A stretch of DNA of 63,724 bases, taken from contig NW_020846334.1 of NCBI RefSeq assembly GCF_003704095.1, forward strand, positions 62,001-125,724. Reading direction: 5' to 3'. Within the stretch, counting starts at the first letter, position 1, and every line of letters starts with the position of its first letter. Positions 50,901 to 63,494 of the stretch are shown here, piece by piece. The notes beneath the pieces were generated by a model, which did not search any database, was not told the DNA's origin, and was given only the letters and a program-made list of their open reading frames with translations. The translations under genes and the position numbers were made by a program. The stretch comes from Pocillopora damicornis. Its lineage: Eukaryota.

Positions 50901-53900
50901 TAAATTAAAAAAAAACACAGTAGGTACCCAGAGAAAAGAGTTATGAATGGGATCTTATGAGTTTTCAAAGGTTTGAATGTTTCATGCTCAAATATAACTA
51001 CCGGTAATATTATAACAAGCACAGGACAACAACAACAATAACTGCACACAAATTGGGTTTAACTGCTAACAGTTCCTTACCTAGCTTCTGTAGCATCTTT
51101 GTTTGCAAATATCCTGTTACAGAGAGAATTATGTGCTCCAAGAGGAATCACTCCGATAGGAATCTTGGAAATTTCTTCCTAGAAATAACACACCTATAAA
51201 TAAGTACAAGTTCAAGTTTTACAAACATAAAAATTGAAATATCATGATTTATATTCCACTGTTTGACAACAACCAACCTGATCACTTCTTCTGAGCAGTC
51301 CAGTCACAACCTTGAGAAATAACCAAGCAAGAAATTGTTGGACAGAAACAATTTTTCATTGAATAATGTATGTTACATTCTCATTAAAACCTCTTTTTCT
51401 AATAAATATATCTTTCTCAAAAGTAACCTGTGAGTAGGCATTCTTCTGCTTTTGTACAGAAGATTACATCTGCACTCAAGCAAAGTGGCCCATCCAAACC
51501 TGGACCTCTCGACTTGGAGTCCAGAACACCAACTGTTAGGTCACCTGGTCTCCCTGTGTCTTTGTACACTGGGTATCCAATATTTCATGTTCATAGAATA
51601 AAAAAAGTATCAATAAGTTGATTAGCTGACCTCAAGTAGTGTGCCATCTCCTCCAGCAACAATAATACCATCTGTTTTTGGATCAATGTACTGCATCAGG
51701 GTTTTAATTTGTCCTTCGTAATCTGTCTGAGAACAAAAACCATGAATAGTATAAAAATCTACCTCTTTCTTAAGGATCAGAATCTTATAATTGTACAAAT
51801 GAATACACTTTGTTACTACTGCAGGTAAACAAATTCTCCTTGTCAGCATCTAAGAGAATGTGTAAGGAACAGTATGGAGAATATGCAAACTAATTTTTTG
51901 TTTTGTAAGGTGTAAGAGGTTAAAATGAGTGAGAAATCAATTACCTTGACAATGGTAACATCAAGCCCTGCTATATGAAGAATTGGTTCTGCATTTTTCT
52001 TCAACAAAGTCTCTGCACTACCACTAAAGGGAAACAATCATATTTTATTGGAATGTGTAGCGTTAGAAGACAAAGCACATTGATATGTACAATCAACGTA
52101 TATTTTCCAGACAGCTTGCATAAACTAATATGTTACATCATTATACTTTACAGGCAACAATTTTGATTTCTCATTTTGAAACATGTAAATCTAGTAGGAG
52201 AGGTAACTTACTGAACATGAGACAAACAAATATTGAATTATGTAGACAATCTTGATTTTTTTAGAAATTCTATTGCTTGGAATGGCCTTTAAAATAGCAG
52301 TACTCAAAATTTGGTGAGTAAAGATTAGTTCAATAAAACTTTGAAAAGAGGAAAAGAAGCCAATCAAATTAGTATCTCCAAAGGAACTTGTACCAATTTG
52401 AACAAAGACATTGACAACTTTGTATCTATTTAAATCAATATTTCAATTGCATGTAAACTCAAATTTTATGTCCCAGTATTTTTCTTAACAATTTTTTAGC
52501 AAGCTTTTATTGCTAGTTAGTATCATCATTGTAAAGGTCCATAACAATCTGGTGCTGCCTTTTTCAACATGACCCTTCCAAATAAATGATATAAGTATCT
52601 CTATGTATTTCTTATAGAAATGAAGCCTAGCACCTGTTACTCCATGCTACTTTATTGTGTACACTTAGGATGTGTAACAAAATACCTCCCTAGCCTGCAG
52701 AGCAGGGGTAATTTTGACAAGCCAGTGCTCAGTGTTTATTAAGCGAGGATTATGGCCACCATCTTTGTTATTAATGACAGTGAAAGGGGGTGTGCCCCTC
52801 CCCCACTGTTGACTCTGATTCAAAATCAAACATGGCTGATTGAATGAACAATTCCTCACTTCTCAATGTTAACTTGCATTAATAAGACACCTGCATTGCA
52901 GGCTAATACCTGCCAGATGCTGGATTGAAAACCAAGGTCAATCTTCTGGGTTTTCTTAATGATGGCAATGTTTTGTCACCAAAAGCCTGTTGAAAAAGAA
53001 GAAAACACAACAAGTTGATAACATTTTCCAGTGAATAGTTTTCTTGAAAATAATGACTTCCTGGTGAGAGGGTGATATAACTTGGATCCATGATAATTTG
53101 CTATCATAGTGCTACCCAACATGGGCAATTGCTAAAAAGAAATATCTGAAGACCATTGATATACCCATTAAACAATTTTTACTAAGACTAAATGAATTTT
53201 GACAATTTATTTTGTTATTTTCCCACCCCTAAGATACAGAGAGCCTCTAAAGGGTTTGGAAAACCAATCAATGCTCTCCCATTTTCATCAACAAAAAAAC
53301 TCTAAAGACATGATCAAACAATTTCTTACAATATTTAATAATTATTGAAAGTTGATTTTGTCATTATTCCACCCTGTGATACAGACAGTCTTAAGAGGAT
53401 CTGGAAAACCAATGTCCTCCAATTTTCATCAACAAACAAACTCTGAAGACATAACTTACTTTTGCTTCATGGCATAGTTCTCTTCTTATCATGTACTCTC
53501 TGCCAGAAAAAAAATTAAGTTTAAAAAATTAGCTCTCTTTCCTCTCCAAAAATAGTAATACTCAGGTGCTTGATCTTCATAGTTATTCTCAATACTGAGA
53601 AGTGTCTGTCTTACAGCATTAACCTTTCACACCCTAACATCAGTATCCATATTCTCCATACTGTCTTTACATTTCCTATGGTGCTCACAAGGAGAATTTA
53701 TTCAACAATCAAGAGCTTCTTCAGATGGTGATAATTTCCCTCATTCAAAAAAGATATCGTAAGGAGAAATACGATGCATATCATTCTAAAGGGCCCATTG
53801 TTTGTTGAATTTCAAACATGCCAAAGTCCAAGCAACAAAACAACAGTAAAATAACAAAGGATATAAAGAATCCTTCCAAATATCTCGAAAATCCTTCGTT

Positions 53901-54108
53901 TTTGCGTAAGCCAAGGATTTCACGATCTCCAATTAAATGATACATGTACAAAGAAATTGATTCTGTTCTATCTTAATTTTAAGCCGACAAAATCTTGCCT
54001 GTACTTATTAGCTCCGTAACTCATCAACCATCCTGCAAACAGGGCAGCAGCAATTGATTTCTTTCTGTGTTTTCGTATCGTGTAGAACCAGGGTTTTCCG
54101 TCCGCCAT
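47918..54108 (-). CDS. AGK: Acylglycerol kinase, mitochondrial, 15 exons
   Basis: Exons 54108-53999 (GC donor), 53499-53460, 52986-52910, 52023-51945, 51726-51631, 51310-51278, 51178-51081, 50461-50392, 50299-50220, 49939-49882, 49543-49298, 49159-49089, 48580-48526, 48199-48147 and 48031-47918. Motifs: TIRKHRKKS plus a TM segment, [59 protein letters not shown] and FSIDGEPFE. Confidence 0.94.
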
Positions 54109-57100
54109 GATGAAAATCCTGCCTCTTCTCCAGGTCCTATCGACTGGGACGCACAACAGACTTCAAATATGTGTTCTATTGTGTCTACGAGGATCTTGCT
54201 TGCTCTGATTTTGTGACCTTTTTTAAATTAGAAAAAGAAGGTTCCCAAGAGAATAAGTGGAAAATGCTTTCTTAACACGAAAAGGATTTAAAATTTTCGG
54301 CATGTTGTAATTTGGAGATGTTTTAGAAAGCGAAAATAAATTTAACAAATGGAATTTTTGGGAGCGAGAGTTAGAAAAATTTATTTTAGTGGAAATCGTC
54401 GGCCTGATGAAACACTAGTTTCTTTTATCAGAATTTGAGTTTTAAAATAACATGAGAGGAATAATTAAGATTGGTTTTTTTTTCTTTACACATTCGTGGT
54501 TACACAGTATTTCCGTTTTTTCCTTGGAAAGCTTCCTAAACAAATTACGCCTATTTTTTCGTCCACTATGATTAATAGATATTATGACTCAAACATTTTC
54601 AGTTTTATCTTTTTTACCTCTCTCTCTGCGAGATTGGTAGTTTTCTTTTTCTCTAGGGCGTTTTTAGGCCTTTGTCTTATTGTTCTTTTCCTTTTTTTAG
54701 CATTCGACCGGCAACATCAGGTATCATTTGTTCATCTACTGAACCCACTGGCTTTTTCAATTCCTTTGACCAAGCCGCTAACGGTTGGTAATCCTTTTAG
54801 ATGAAACAACACCTTTGCTGTATATAACTCACAGCAAATTCTATCGGAAACTTAATTACTGAAGCCTTCGAGAGCAAGAAGAATTTTTACTATTGCTAGT
54901 GTTTTTTGTGTCTGTGCATGCACTTTATACTTTAACCTGCAAAAATTTCCCACGTTAATTGTATAGAAAAAGTTCCAGGCATAGAATCTCCCCTAAAAAC
55001 CCTTAGGGCTGGTTATTAAACAAGTTTATCCATTGTCACGACACAAAACCGCGTCCTTAACAATCCTCGATTTTTGTGAACATTTTATCTGAATATTTAT
55101 TTTTGCAAACAGCATCAAGAGGACTGAGAGTGAAGAAATGTAAAATGGTTTCCGTGTTTATATAGCCTGATGTAAACACGCGGGAGGTTGGGAGAACACG
55201 AGATAAGCGTAGGAAACCACGACGCGAAGCGGAGTGGTTTCCAGCTTATTTCCAGCTTTTATAAAATAACTAATGAAAGAGCCTCTTCTTGCGACGAAGG
55301 AAAGCGACGTGCTTGTNNNNNNNNNNNNNNNNNNNNNNNNNNNNNNNNNNNNNNNNNNNNNNNNNNNNNNNNNNNNNNNNNNNNNNNNNNNNNNNNNNNN
55401 NNNNNNNNNNNNNNNNNNNNNNNNNNNNNNNNNNNNNNNNNNNNNNNNNNNNNNNNNNNNNNNNNNNNNNNNNNNNNNNNNNNNNNNNNNNNNNNNNNNN
55501 NNNNNNNNNNNNNNNNNNNNNNNNNNNNNNNNNNNNNNNNNNNNNNNNNNNNNNNNNNNNNNNNNNNNNNNNNNNNNNNNNNNNNNNNNNNNNNNNNNNN
55601 NNNNNNNNNNNNNNNNNNNNNNNNNNNNNNNNNNNNNNNNNNNNNNNNNNNNNNNNNNNNNNNNNNNNNNNNNNNNNNNNNNNNNNNNNNNNNNNNNNNN
55701 NNNNNNNNNNNNNNNNNNGACTCGCCCTTCGGGCTTGACATGTCTGAAAAATAAATGGCTAAAAAAAAATACGCCTGCCAGGCGCATTATATCAATTTCG
55801 GCATCGCCTCAAAGAAACAAAAGTACTGAATAATTTTTCCTAAACAAGCTTTTTCTTTATATTAAAACAAAGAGGCAGTCGGCGCGGTGTTTCGACTAAT
55901 TTAAATTAGTGATCGATTCGCTAAAAAAGTATCTTTTATTTCAATTTTTTCGTTTTATACTTTCAAGGTAAACTCGTTTATGAAAGCATCAGATGATCTG
56001 AAAATAGCCGGAAGGAATAAAAAATCAAATGGCATTGCGTAACTTCCGTCGCTGACTTTTCCCGCTGTGAGCCGCAAATGGTGGCACGCTGCTGGACCTT
56101 ATGTTCGGGTTTGAACAACGGAACCGAGCACATAAGTAGCGAATTAACGAGGGTTAATTGAGACTTCTCGCTCCTACGGCTTCGTCGCTTGGTTCCATTT
56201 TCCTTGAACGCTTGAGAAAAGAAAACAGACAGATATGCGTGGAGCTTCGAAAACGGCTAGAGACAGCTATGTTTTGTTATCTTCGAAGTTTTTCAGTGTG
56301 AAGTCCGATATGCCGACAAAGCATTCTTGTATTACCTTTTGTTTTACAAGCACGTCTAACGAAAAGAACAGTGGCTGGTATTAATGAGGTACACGAAACA
56401 GAAAGAAGAATTTTCATGATATTTTAGCCCACCTTTTATTCACTGAATTTTCCTTTCCCTAAACCATAAACCCTTCAAACCCTTAAAGTGACCAGCATCT
56501 AATTTCTCGTTGCAGTAACACTGCTAAGAATGAAGGTGATAGACACCAGTCTTTGAAGCTTTGATTGATAAACAAATTCTCCTAGGCAGTATCAAAGGAA
56601 ATGTATAGAGAAGAGTATAGAGAATTTCGATACTGACTTTATAGTGTAAAGGGTTGAAAGGCTAAATAGAGGCGATTATTCGTAGTTAGTCACCGGAAAG
56701 AAGAAAAATTTTGACCTTGGCCTGGGAGGAAAAGAACTCTTTCTTTTCAACATCACATGCACTCTCCTTTCTGATTGTTCGAAATGATTCATGCTAGTTA
56801 TTTAGAATTTTTGTGAATGTTACGGCTTAAATTACTTTTACAAAATATTCAGATGAATGAATAAAACACGAGCACACTTTTCTCAAAACTTAAACAGCTA
56901 GGTTAGCAATGTCACTTGTGGTTTGCCCTGCGGCTGTGAACATACAGTGGTATAGACTATGCGTCAGTTTGAACAAAGTCACCCTTGTGTTTTGAATCGT
57001 TGTTTTAATAAAAGAGCTTCAGAAGAAAATACGGACACAAGTGAGAGAAATTTAAAATAATAACCACTAATTATCCAGATGCGACATTGAGGGATCAAGG

Positions 57101-58325
57101 ACGAATTCGCTAGAGAGGCGAAAGGTAGCTTGAACGACTGTTGTTCTCGAAATCTAGTCAACCTTTATTTTGCGACGATTCTCGAAGTTCTCGCTTACAA
57201 TGCATTTTATTTCGGAACGTCTCGAACTCTCGTGTATCTTTCAAAGGCCTCAAAGCCTAGGGTTTGTTCCTATAGTCGAGGTTATTGGTCACTGATCTGA
57301 GGTAGCGATAGCAGCTGAAAGCTTCGTTCTGTGCGAGGAAGCCTATTCAAGATCTCTGTGTTGCTAATTGATATATCGCCAACGAATGCAAACGAAATAG
57401 ACTGCTTCCCAGCTTTCACGCAACATTTTCTGCCATAAGTATTACACTGCACTAATTTAAGCAAAGTGATGGTAATAATATGGAGTCGTGAATCTAAAAT
57501 TATTTGATCTCCTTAAGTGCATGGTCTCGGCGTCTCGCTGTTATGGCAATTATTATTCATCACCAGAAATAATTTGTTCACGTATCAGTTTTGAAAGAAA
57601 CTTGTCTTATAAACGCTTCATAACTGAAATGGCATGCGTTGTACGGCTTTCCTTTTTCATAGTGACCATGAATTTGCCTGGAGAATTCGCACTAGCTGGG
57701 TTTTCGTAGACCTCGATCGCGAAGATAGAACCAGCTGAATGTATGCCGCTTATTAACCGATAGAGTTTCGTCCCCCACCCCCTGAAGTAAAAAATGGAAA
57801 ACTCACGTTGACCAATCTAACGTACAATACGGTCCCTTCCTACGAATATCTTAATTTTGAACGATAGCTAAAGCAGCGCCGTTAAAATTGAAAAGCAGTA
57901 TTAAGCATTTATTTTTAGTTTTCAAGTGTCATTTCGGTTGTGGTTTTGCGGCAGTTTGGAGTTTTTTAAGCAAAAAGATCTGTTGCTACGTAACTAGAAT
58001 TCAATTCAATTCAACAGCGAAATGAAGATATCTTGAAAACAAAAGACATCCCAAACCCCCTCTATAAAAGGAAAAAAATCACAAGAATAAAAGTGCTTTT
58101 CTGTTATTTCTCATGAACTGTGCCGCTCGAGAATTTTCGTTTATAAAACAGGGCGTAAATACGTAGAGCTTTTTCTCGGAAAATCGCGACGATTTTTTTA
58201 TTCGTTCGGTGAAGATGTCATATTCTTCTCAAATCTAGTTGCTACAACGCGAATTTCAAAGCATTTGCATAAACTGAGCTTGTTTGATAATGACCGACAG
58301 GGAAAAAAGAAGTTTTGTTCTTCTT

Positions 58326-58352
58326 GGCCAATCACAGGCAGACACGCCCCTG
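58326..58352 (+). promoter_or_regulatory. CCAAT box plus GC/KLF-like box upstream of a putative gene start
   Basis: TGGCCAATCAC and CACGCCCC lie in a CpG-rich stretch about 300 bp upstream of the ATG at 58638. Confidence 0.4.
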
Positions 58353-58637
58353 AAAGGGCGGTGCCTTATCATGATGAACGTGAATATCAACACGAGCTAG
58401 CTGTTGCGTAGATTGAATGCCCAGTGACCTTAATCATCAAAATTGCCCGATATGAGCAGGCGTATGAAACGACTCTGTTGACAAAATCTATTCGTTCGCA
58501 AATAGTGTAAAACGTGAAAAAGTTTATCAGCCACTCCCTAGGGGACGTGACAAGTCCCCACCCCCACCCCACCCTTGGGAAGTGCGGTTTATTGGCTTTG
58601 CTCGGGTGTGGTCGAGTCGCGTTTAGCTACCAGAAAC

Positions 58638-61600
58638 ATGGCGTCGAGTGAAGAAGGTTCAACGCATACACGGACAATACAGAAGCGAGCGAAGAAAACG
58701 CAAGATCAGGCCTGTCAGTTCGATGCATCTCTGTTAGAAGGTGAAAGAAGTTGTGAAATTTTCCTCGCGTTCACGCACTCGCTGTTGCTTGGATGGAATA
58801 CAATGGCTTTGTGATGTGACGAGTGTTACACTAAAGTAAAATATTTTCTGCTTTTCATTTTTTTAGAAGAAAGGGGGACCTGTGAGGCTTGCAACCAAAT
58901 TTCAGGGTAAGGGATGTTAAAATTGATACAATTTCTTTCGTAAATGAGTCAGGAAAGCAAAGTGCGAGGTACTGAGCTTTCAAATACGTTCTCTGCCCCC
59001 GCGACGCGATCGATGCCGGTGTATTTGTCGGTGCACGCACTAAAAGACTTTCCAGCGGTTTGAAAAGTCTTAGTATTTTTTTTCTTCGAGCGGTTTTCTC
59101 GCTTGATTTCCTTCTCAATCAATTTAGTGGGCTCACTGCGTATTGCGATATCTCTGATTTCTTCCGAGAATTTAGCCTGCGATACGAAAGGCCACGTTTT
59201 ATTGCCGAAGTTTGCGGATATTTCTCAAACAGGAAACGCAGAATCCTTGAAATTCCTAGGGAATTTGGATTAGTTTATGGGCATCCCAACTTGTCTATTG
59301 CGATTTATCCTGATTTCCAAGTTTGAATATAACCTAGTAGAAGAGAGTAATGAAATCCTATTTTCCATAGGCTCTATAACTTAATTCGAATTGTGTAAAC
59401 TTGATAAGTGTACATCGATCGATATTAGAACTTCCCGTATACCAGTGAGCATAATTTTCTTGAGCGGAATATTTGGTCCTGTTACGACATCGAAGACGAA
59501 AATCACTGTTATATCATTCGTCGTTTTGGTTTATAATTTCTAGATACAACCCGAACGATTGATGGGTTAAATCTTAATCAATCACAACAGAAAACGTGAA
59601 TTCGTATATGTTCAAACTTCAATGTTTATAAAGTGACTCGCAGACTTAGCGTTTAGCATTTCCTGTCAAGAGCAGGAATTTTGCGTCTTATTTTCGCTTA
59701 AGAGAAGAAAAATAACATGCGCTCCCGAGAATTTAATATTCGCTGGTTACTCCTGATTTTATTTTTCTCTTGTCTGCTATAAAACTAAATCGTAAATTTG
59801 TTTTGTTTTGTTCTTCTTCCCGGTTTGGAAGGCTTGGTGTAATTGATGTCCGAACTAGAATGGTTTCTCCATAAGTAGCTTGTCTAAACATATTCCTGAT
59901 GTTTCGTTGCATATGATATGATTTGTATATCTTACCCGTATGAAAATATGAATTCTATGTCCTTAAAGTAAGAAAAAGAAAATTGTTGGAAAACGTTAAT
60001 AAGGGTTTCCTTTTAAAACTTGTCATTCGTAAAATTTTAAGAGTAAAGTTGAACGAAAAAATATTTAGAGTTTACTTCGGTTATTTATACAAAGTAATAT
60101 TTTGGATTGAAGATATTGTACGAGGATCAAACTTAGTTTTTTTTTTATTGAATATTTATTTTGTGGTGTCCAAGCTGGTTGATTTGCCTTTAAGTAAAAG
60201 ATTCCAAATAGTAGTCTCGATGAATCTTAATGCTGCATTTGAATTTTCTGTAATTTTCACTAAAAGCCGATCAGTGATTTTGATTGCTCTTTGGTACTAC
60301 CCCACCCAACAATCTGTGTATTATTAGCTCCACCCTTTAAAACTCGGATTAAATGACACATTTTTCATCTGAAAATGGAACAGGCCAAGAGATTCTAAGA
60401 AATAGCCACTAAATTTTGCAGCCTGTTTTTGTAGGCTGGCTGAGATTTGTTTTTAGACATTTCAAGCAGCATTATTTGATTAACTCTGAGCACAGCTTTA
60501 ATGATATGCTTCTGAATTTTTTGCAATTTTGTGGTCTTAAATGGAAGGCAATTAGTGCCTTGTCTTCAGTTCCAATGTCATGCATTTTCATGTATGATAA
60601 ACCGCCAACAGCTGTTGTGTTTCATGAAAATACAGTAGTTCTTCAAGATTTATTGACTGGAGTTTTGTATATGCTCAGTTTAATTTCCTTTTTCCTAGAG
60701 GTGGCCTACTTCTAAGAAAGGCATTTCCGCTATTTTCACAGCTAAGCCATTATTAAGTTGTCTGTGTCTCCTTGAGGTCAAGTTATGAGTTCTCTTGACT
60801 CTTTGGTGCTTTTGAGAATATAGTGCTGGATGTGATCCTTGGTAGTGTTTCCTAAGAGTTAACCCTTTAACTCCCATGAGTGACCAAGACAGAATTTCTC
60901 CTTACAGTATCAATACAATATCAACCAGATAAGTGATGAGAACAAATAAAAATATCAATTTGGGGATAGTTAGTTGATCCAATGCTTAATTCTCTGAACT
61001 AAAATAAGAATTGTGTGGTTGACAGTAGGGAGACTTACAAATTTGATCTGGGAGTTAAGGGGGTCAAGCAAAGTATATCCTCTCAAGTAAAGCAGTGATC
61101 CTTGCAGATGAGCAGCAATTACAGAAAAGAAGCCTGTTTAAATTAAATTTTCCTTGAACCTTACCGTGTTTTGAAACTTCCATGAAAGTGGTAACCTATT
61201 TCCAGTGCAGGATTTATATAAAATTGCAGCTGTTGCACGCCCAATTAGTTTTGTGCAATTCTACCAGAGAATCGAAGGGCTGGATATTAACATTGTTCAT
61301 TATCTAGCAGAGTCTTCATCTTTTATCATTCTGTACTGTTGAAAGTTAAGCCCACTTTCAATACTTTAAGATTCAGCATTAAACAAAGATGTGTAGATTC
61401 TCTATCCTTTCCTCTATACATATCCTAAGGTGCTGATAAGGAGAATTTGTTTAATAATCAAGAGCTTTTTTAAATGGTGATCATTTTCCTTATACTCCTG
61501 ACCCCTTAATGTGTGATTCAGGGGTGATATCAGAGAGAGAAATTATATGCTTGTCACTCTTAGGAGCCAAGGGGTTAAGTTTACTGCCTATAGGTTGATA

Positions 61601-61950
61601 CCTATGTGTACTGTTTATTTCTCTCACTCCCATGTTCTTGACTTAACTCAAGATCTGGTTGTCAATTCTCCTCTCTAGCTGTTACACATTTTCATGTAAA
61701 CTAGTCAGAGAATTTGGTTTTAGATCAAGATAACTTCAACCTGATAAGTATTCTTATTACCTGTTTGCAAGATAATGTATGGATTCTATGGGGAGAAGTT
61801 GCATGTTAATCACTTCTGGGAGTTAAAAGGTTACCTTAAGGGTTGGGGTGGTTGGGAAAAAAATGCTGATTAATAGTAACAGTCTTTTTTTTTTTTTTTT
61901 TTTTTTTCCATAGCTCTGCCAATTGTCTTTCTCAACCTCATGTTATCCAG
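58638..61950 (+). CDS. Putative 5' exons of an unidentified gene continuing beyond the window
   Basis: AACATGGCG start with candidate exon 58638-58740 (weak donor AG|gtgaaa). A strong 37-nt exon follows at 61914-61950 (T-run, ccatag| ... CAG|gtaagt). They join in frame as MASSEEGST...DASLLEALPIVFLNLMLS. No recognisable domain. Confidence 0.35.
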
Positions 61951-62370
61951 GTAAGTGCACATTTCCCTGTTTCCTTGTTATTGTAGCATGCATTTTATTG
62001 AAATGCCCCTGATTTTAGACTGAATGCTTCTTTTTCAAACATGGGACATGGAACATATTAAATTTTCCTTTTCAGTTCCAACTACACTCTCCTATCCTTT
62101 CAATTCTAAATTTGTGCTGCTATAAAAAGCTACAAGGATAAAATCACAACTATTTTTCTTTCAATAGCTTGACCCAGAGGGACACATAGAAAGAACTACA
62201 GTTATTCGAGTTGTTACTACAGATGATGATGAATATAAGGTATGCAACTTTGCACTTGTATGTAAAGCTCTGATCCCATGTGAAGTTTTACAATGAGCCC
62301 TCCTGCGATGACCACTCTATGAATAGTAAAAACTTGTGTATAGGCCACATCTTTTTGCTGGATTGGGCTT

Positions 62371-62606
62371 ATGTCGTCTGCAACTGTGCGCACACCGGGA
62401 AGGCCTTCGATGGCTTGATCCAAACGATGTTGGAAATATTCCGGTGCGGGTGATATGCCAAATGGCATCTTCAGCCACCGGTACCGGCCAAATGGAGTGC
62501 CAAACGTTGTTAGATAGCTTGAATCTTCATCTAACTCGACATGCCAAAACCCGTTTTTAACGTCACACACACTGAAGACTTTAGCTTTTGACAAGTCCGG
62601 CAGCAG
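62371..62606 (-). mobile_element. Ty3/Gypsy LTR retrotransposon reverse-transcriptase fragment
   Basis: LPDLSKAKVFSVCDVKNGFWHVELDEDSSYLTTFGTPFGRYRWLKMPFGISPAPEYFQ...VADDI. The homology ends right after the xADD motif. Confidence 0.9.
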
Positions 62607-62799
62607 TGGGGTCACAAATAGTACCAAGAAGTGTCTTAGACTGATCACTTCCACACTGATCTCTTCACACTAGTCGGGGGAACTCACAAAGCAAATGGTC
62701 CTCCACTATGTGCACAATGTTTTGGTACATGTGGTTATTAAATCTTGTTTAGCATTAAGTTTTTCTCCAATCAATTGCTTCCATACATCCTTATATACA

Positions 62800-62837
<38 letters not shown>

Positions 62838-62946
62838 TTAGGAAGTCTGTTTATTGAATTTTCTGTTTTACAGTGCTCAATACGTAGAAGTAGAGCGCAA
62901 TATATATTTTGCAATGGCAGAAAAAAAACAGAGAGACTATACTTTC

Positions 62947-62989
62947 ATCCCTACAAGCCTATTTTGTGATTGCTCACTCATCAGGGGAT
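62947..62989 (-). ncRNA. Hammerhead copy, predicted inactive (G12 to A)
   Basis: Minus strand: ATCCC-CTGATGA-GTGA(GCAA)TCAC-AAAA-TAGGCTTGTA-GGGAT. Confidence 0.7.
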
Positions 62990-63012
62990 TTTATTTTATT
63001 TTATGATTTAAA

Positions 63013-63055
63013 ATCCCCTGATGAGTGAGCGATCACGAAACAGGCTAGTAGGGAT
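63013..63055 (+). ncRNA. Type I hammerhead ribozyme, intact catalytic core
   Basis: ATCCC-CTGATGA-GTGA(GCGA)TCAC-GAAA-C-AGGCTA-GTA^-GGGAT. Stem I has 5 bp, stem II has 4 bp with a GNRA loop, stem III is minimal, and cleavage is predicted after A63050. Confidence 0.8.
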
Positions 63056-63177
63056 GAAAGTATAGTCTCTCTGTTTTTTTCCCCTTTTGCAACGTATATA
63101 TTTATATTTATAAAGTGTAAAATTTTGACTTTTGCAAAATAGTGCTCAATACATAGGAGTAGAGCAATGTATATATT

Positions 63178-63221
63178 AACCTGATGAGTGGGCAACAACG
63201 AAACATACCTGTAGGGATGAA
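63178..63221 (+). ncRNA. Third hammerhead copy; core intact, stem I degenerate
   Basis: CTGATGA-GTGG(GCAA)CAAC-GAAA-CATACCTGTA^-GGGATGAA, with predicted cleavage after 63213. Confidence 0.6.
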
Positions 63222-63335
63222 CTTGTATATTTATATTTATATACATCTGCACACAGCTGATGGGAAAGTATACCTTTCCTTGTTGTTTGTTGATCACATT
63301 GAAGCTATGTAAATTAGCCCAGACTACCCTTTGTA

Positions 63336-63393
63336 AATACAATACAATATACAATACAATATTTATTTGCCATATACGACATTTACACATGGA
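63336..63393 (-). mobile_element. Probable 3' tail of a non-LTR retrotransposon
   Basis: The minus strand has AATAAA followed by a (TATTG)n microsatellite tail. The body runs into the N-gap. Confidence 0.45.
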
Positions 63394-63494
63394 ANNNNNN
63401 NNNNNNNNNNNNNNNNNNNNNNNNNNNNNNNNNNNNNNNNNNNNNNNNNNNNNNNNNNNNNNNNNNNNNNNNNNNNNNNNNNNNNNNNNNNNNN

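Noticed and set aside
55158-55833. Several long ORFs of 149-209 aa
   Set aside because: Artefacts of translating through a ~400-nt N-gap flanked by repeat sequence.
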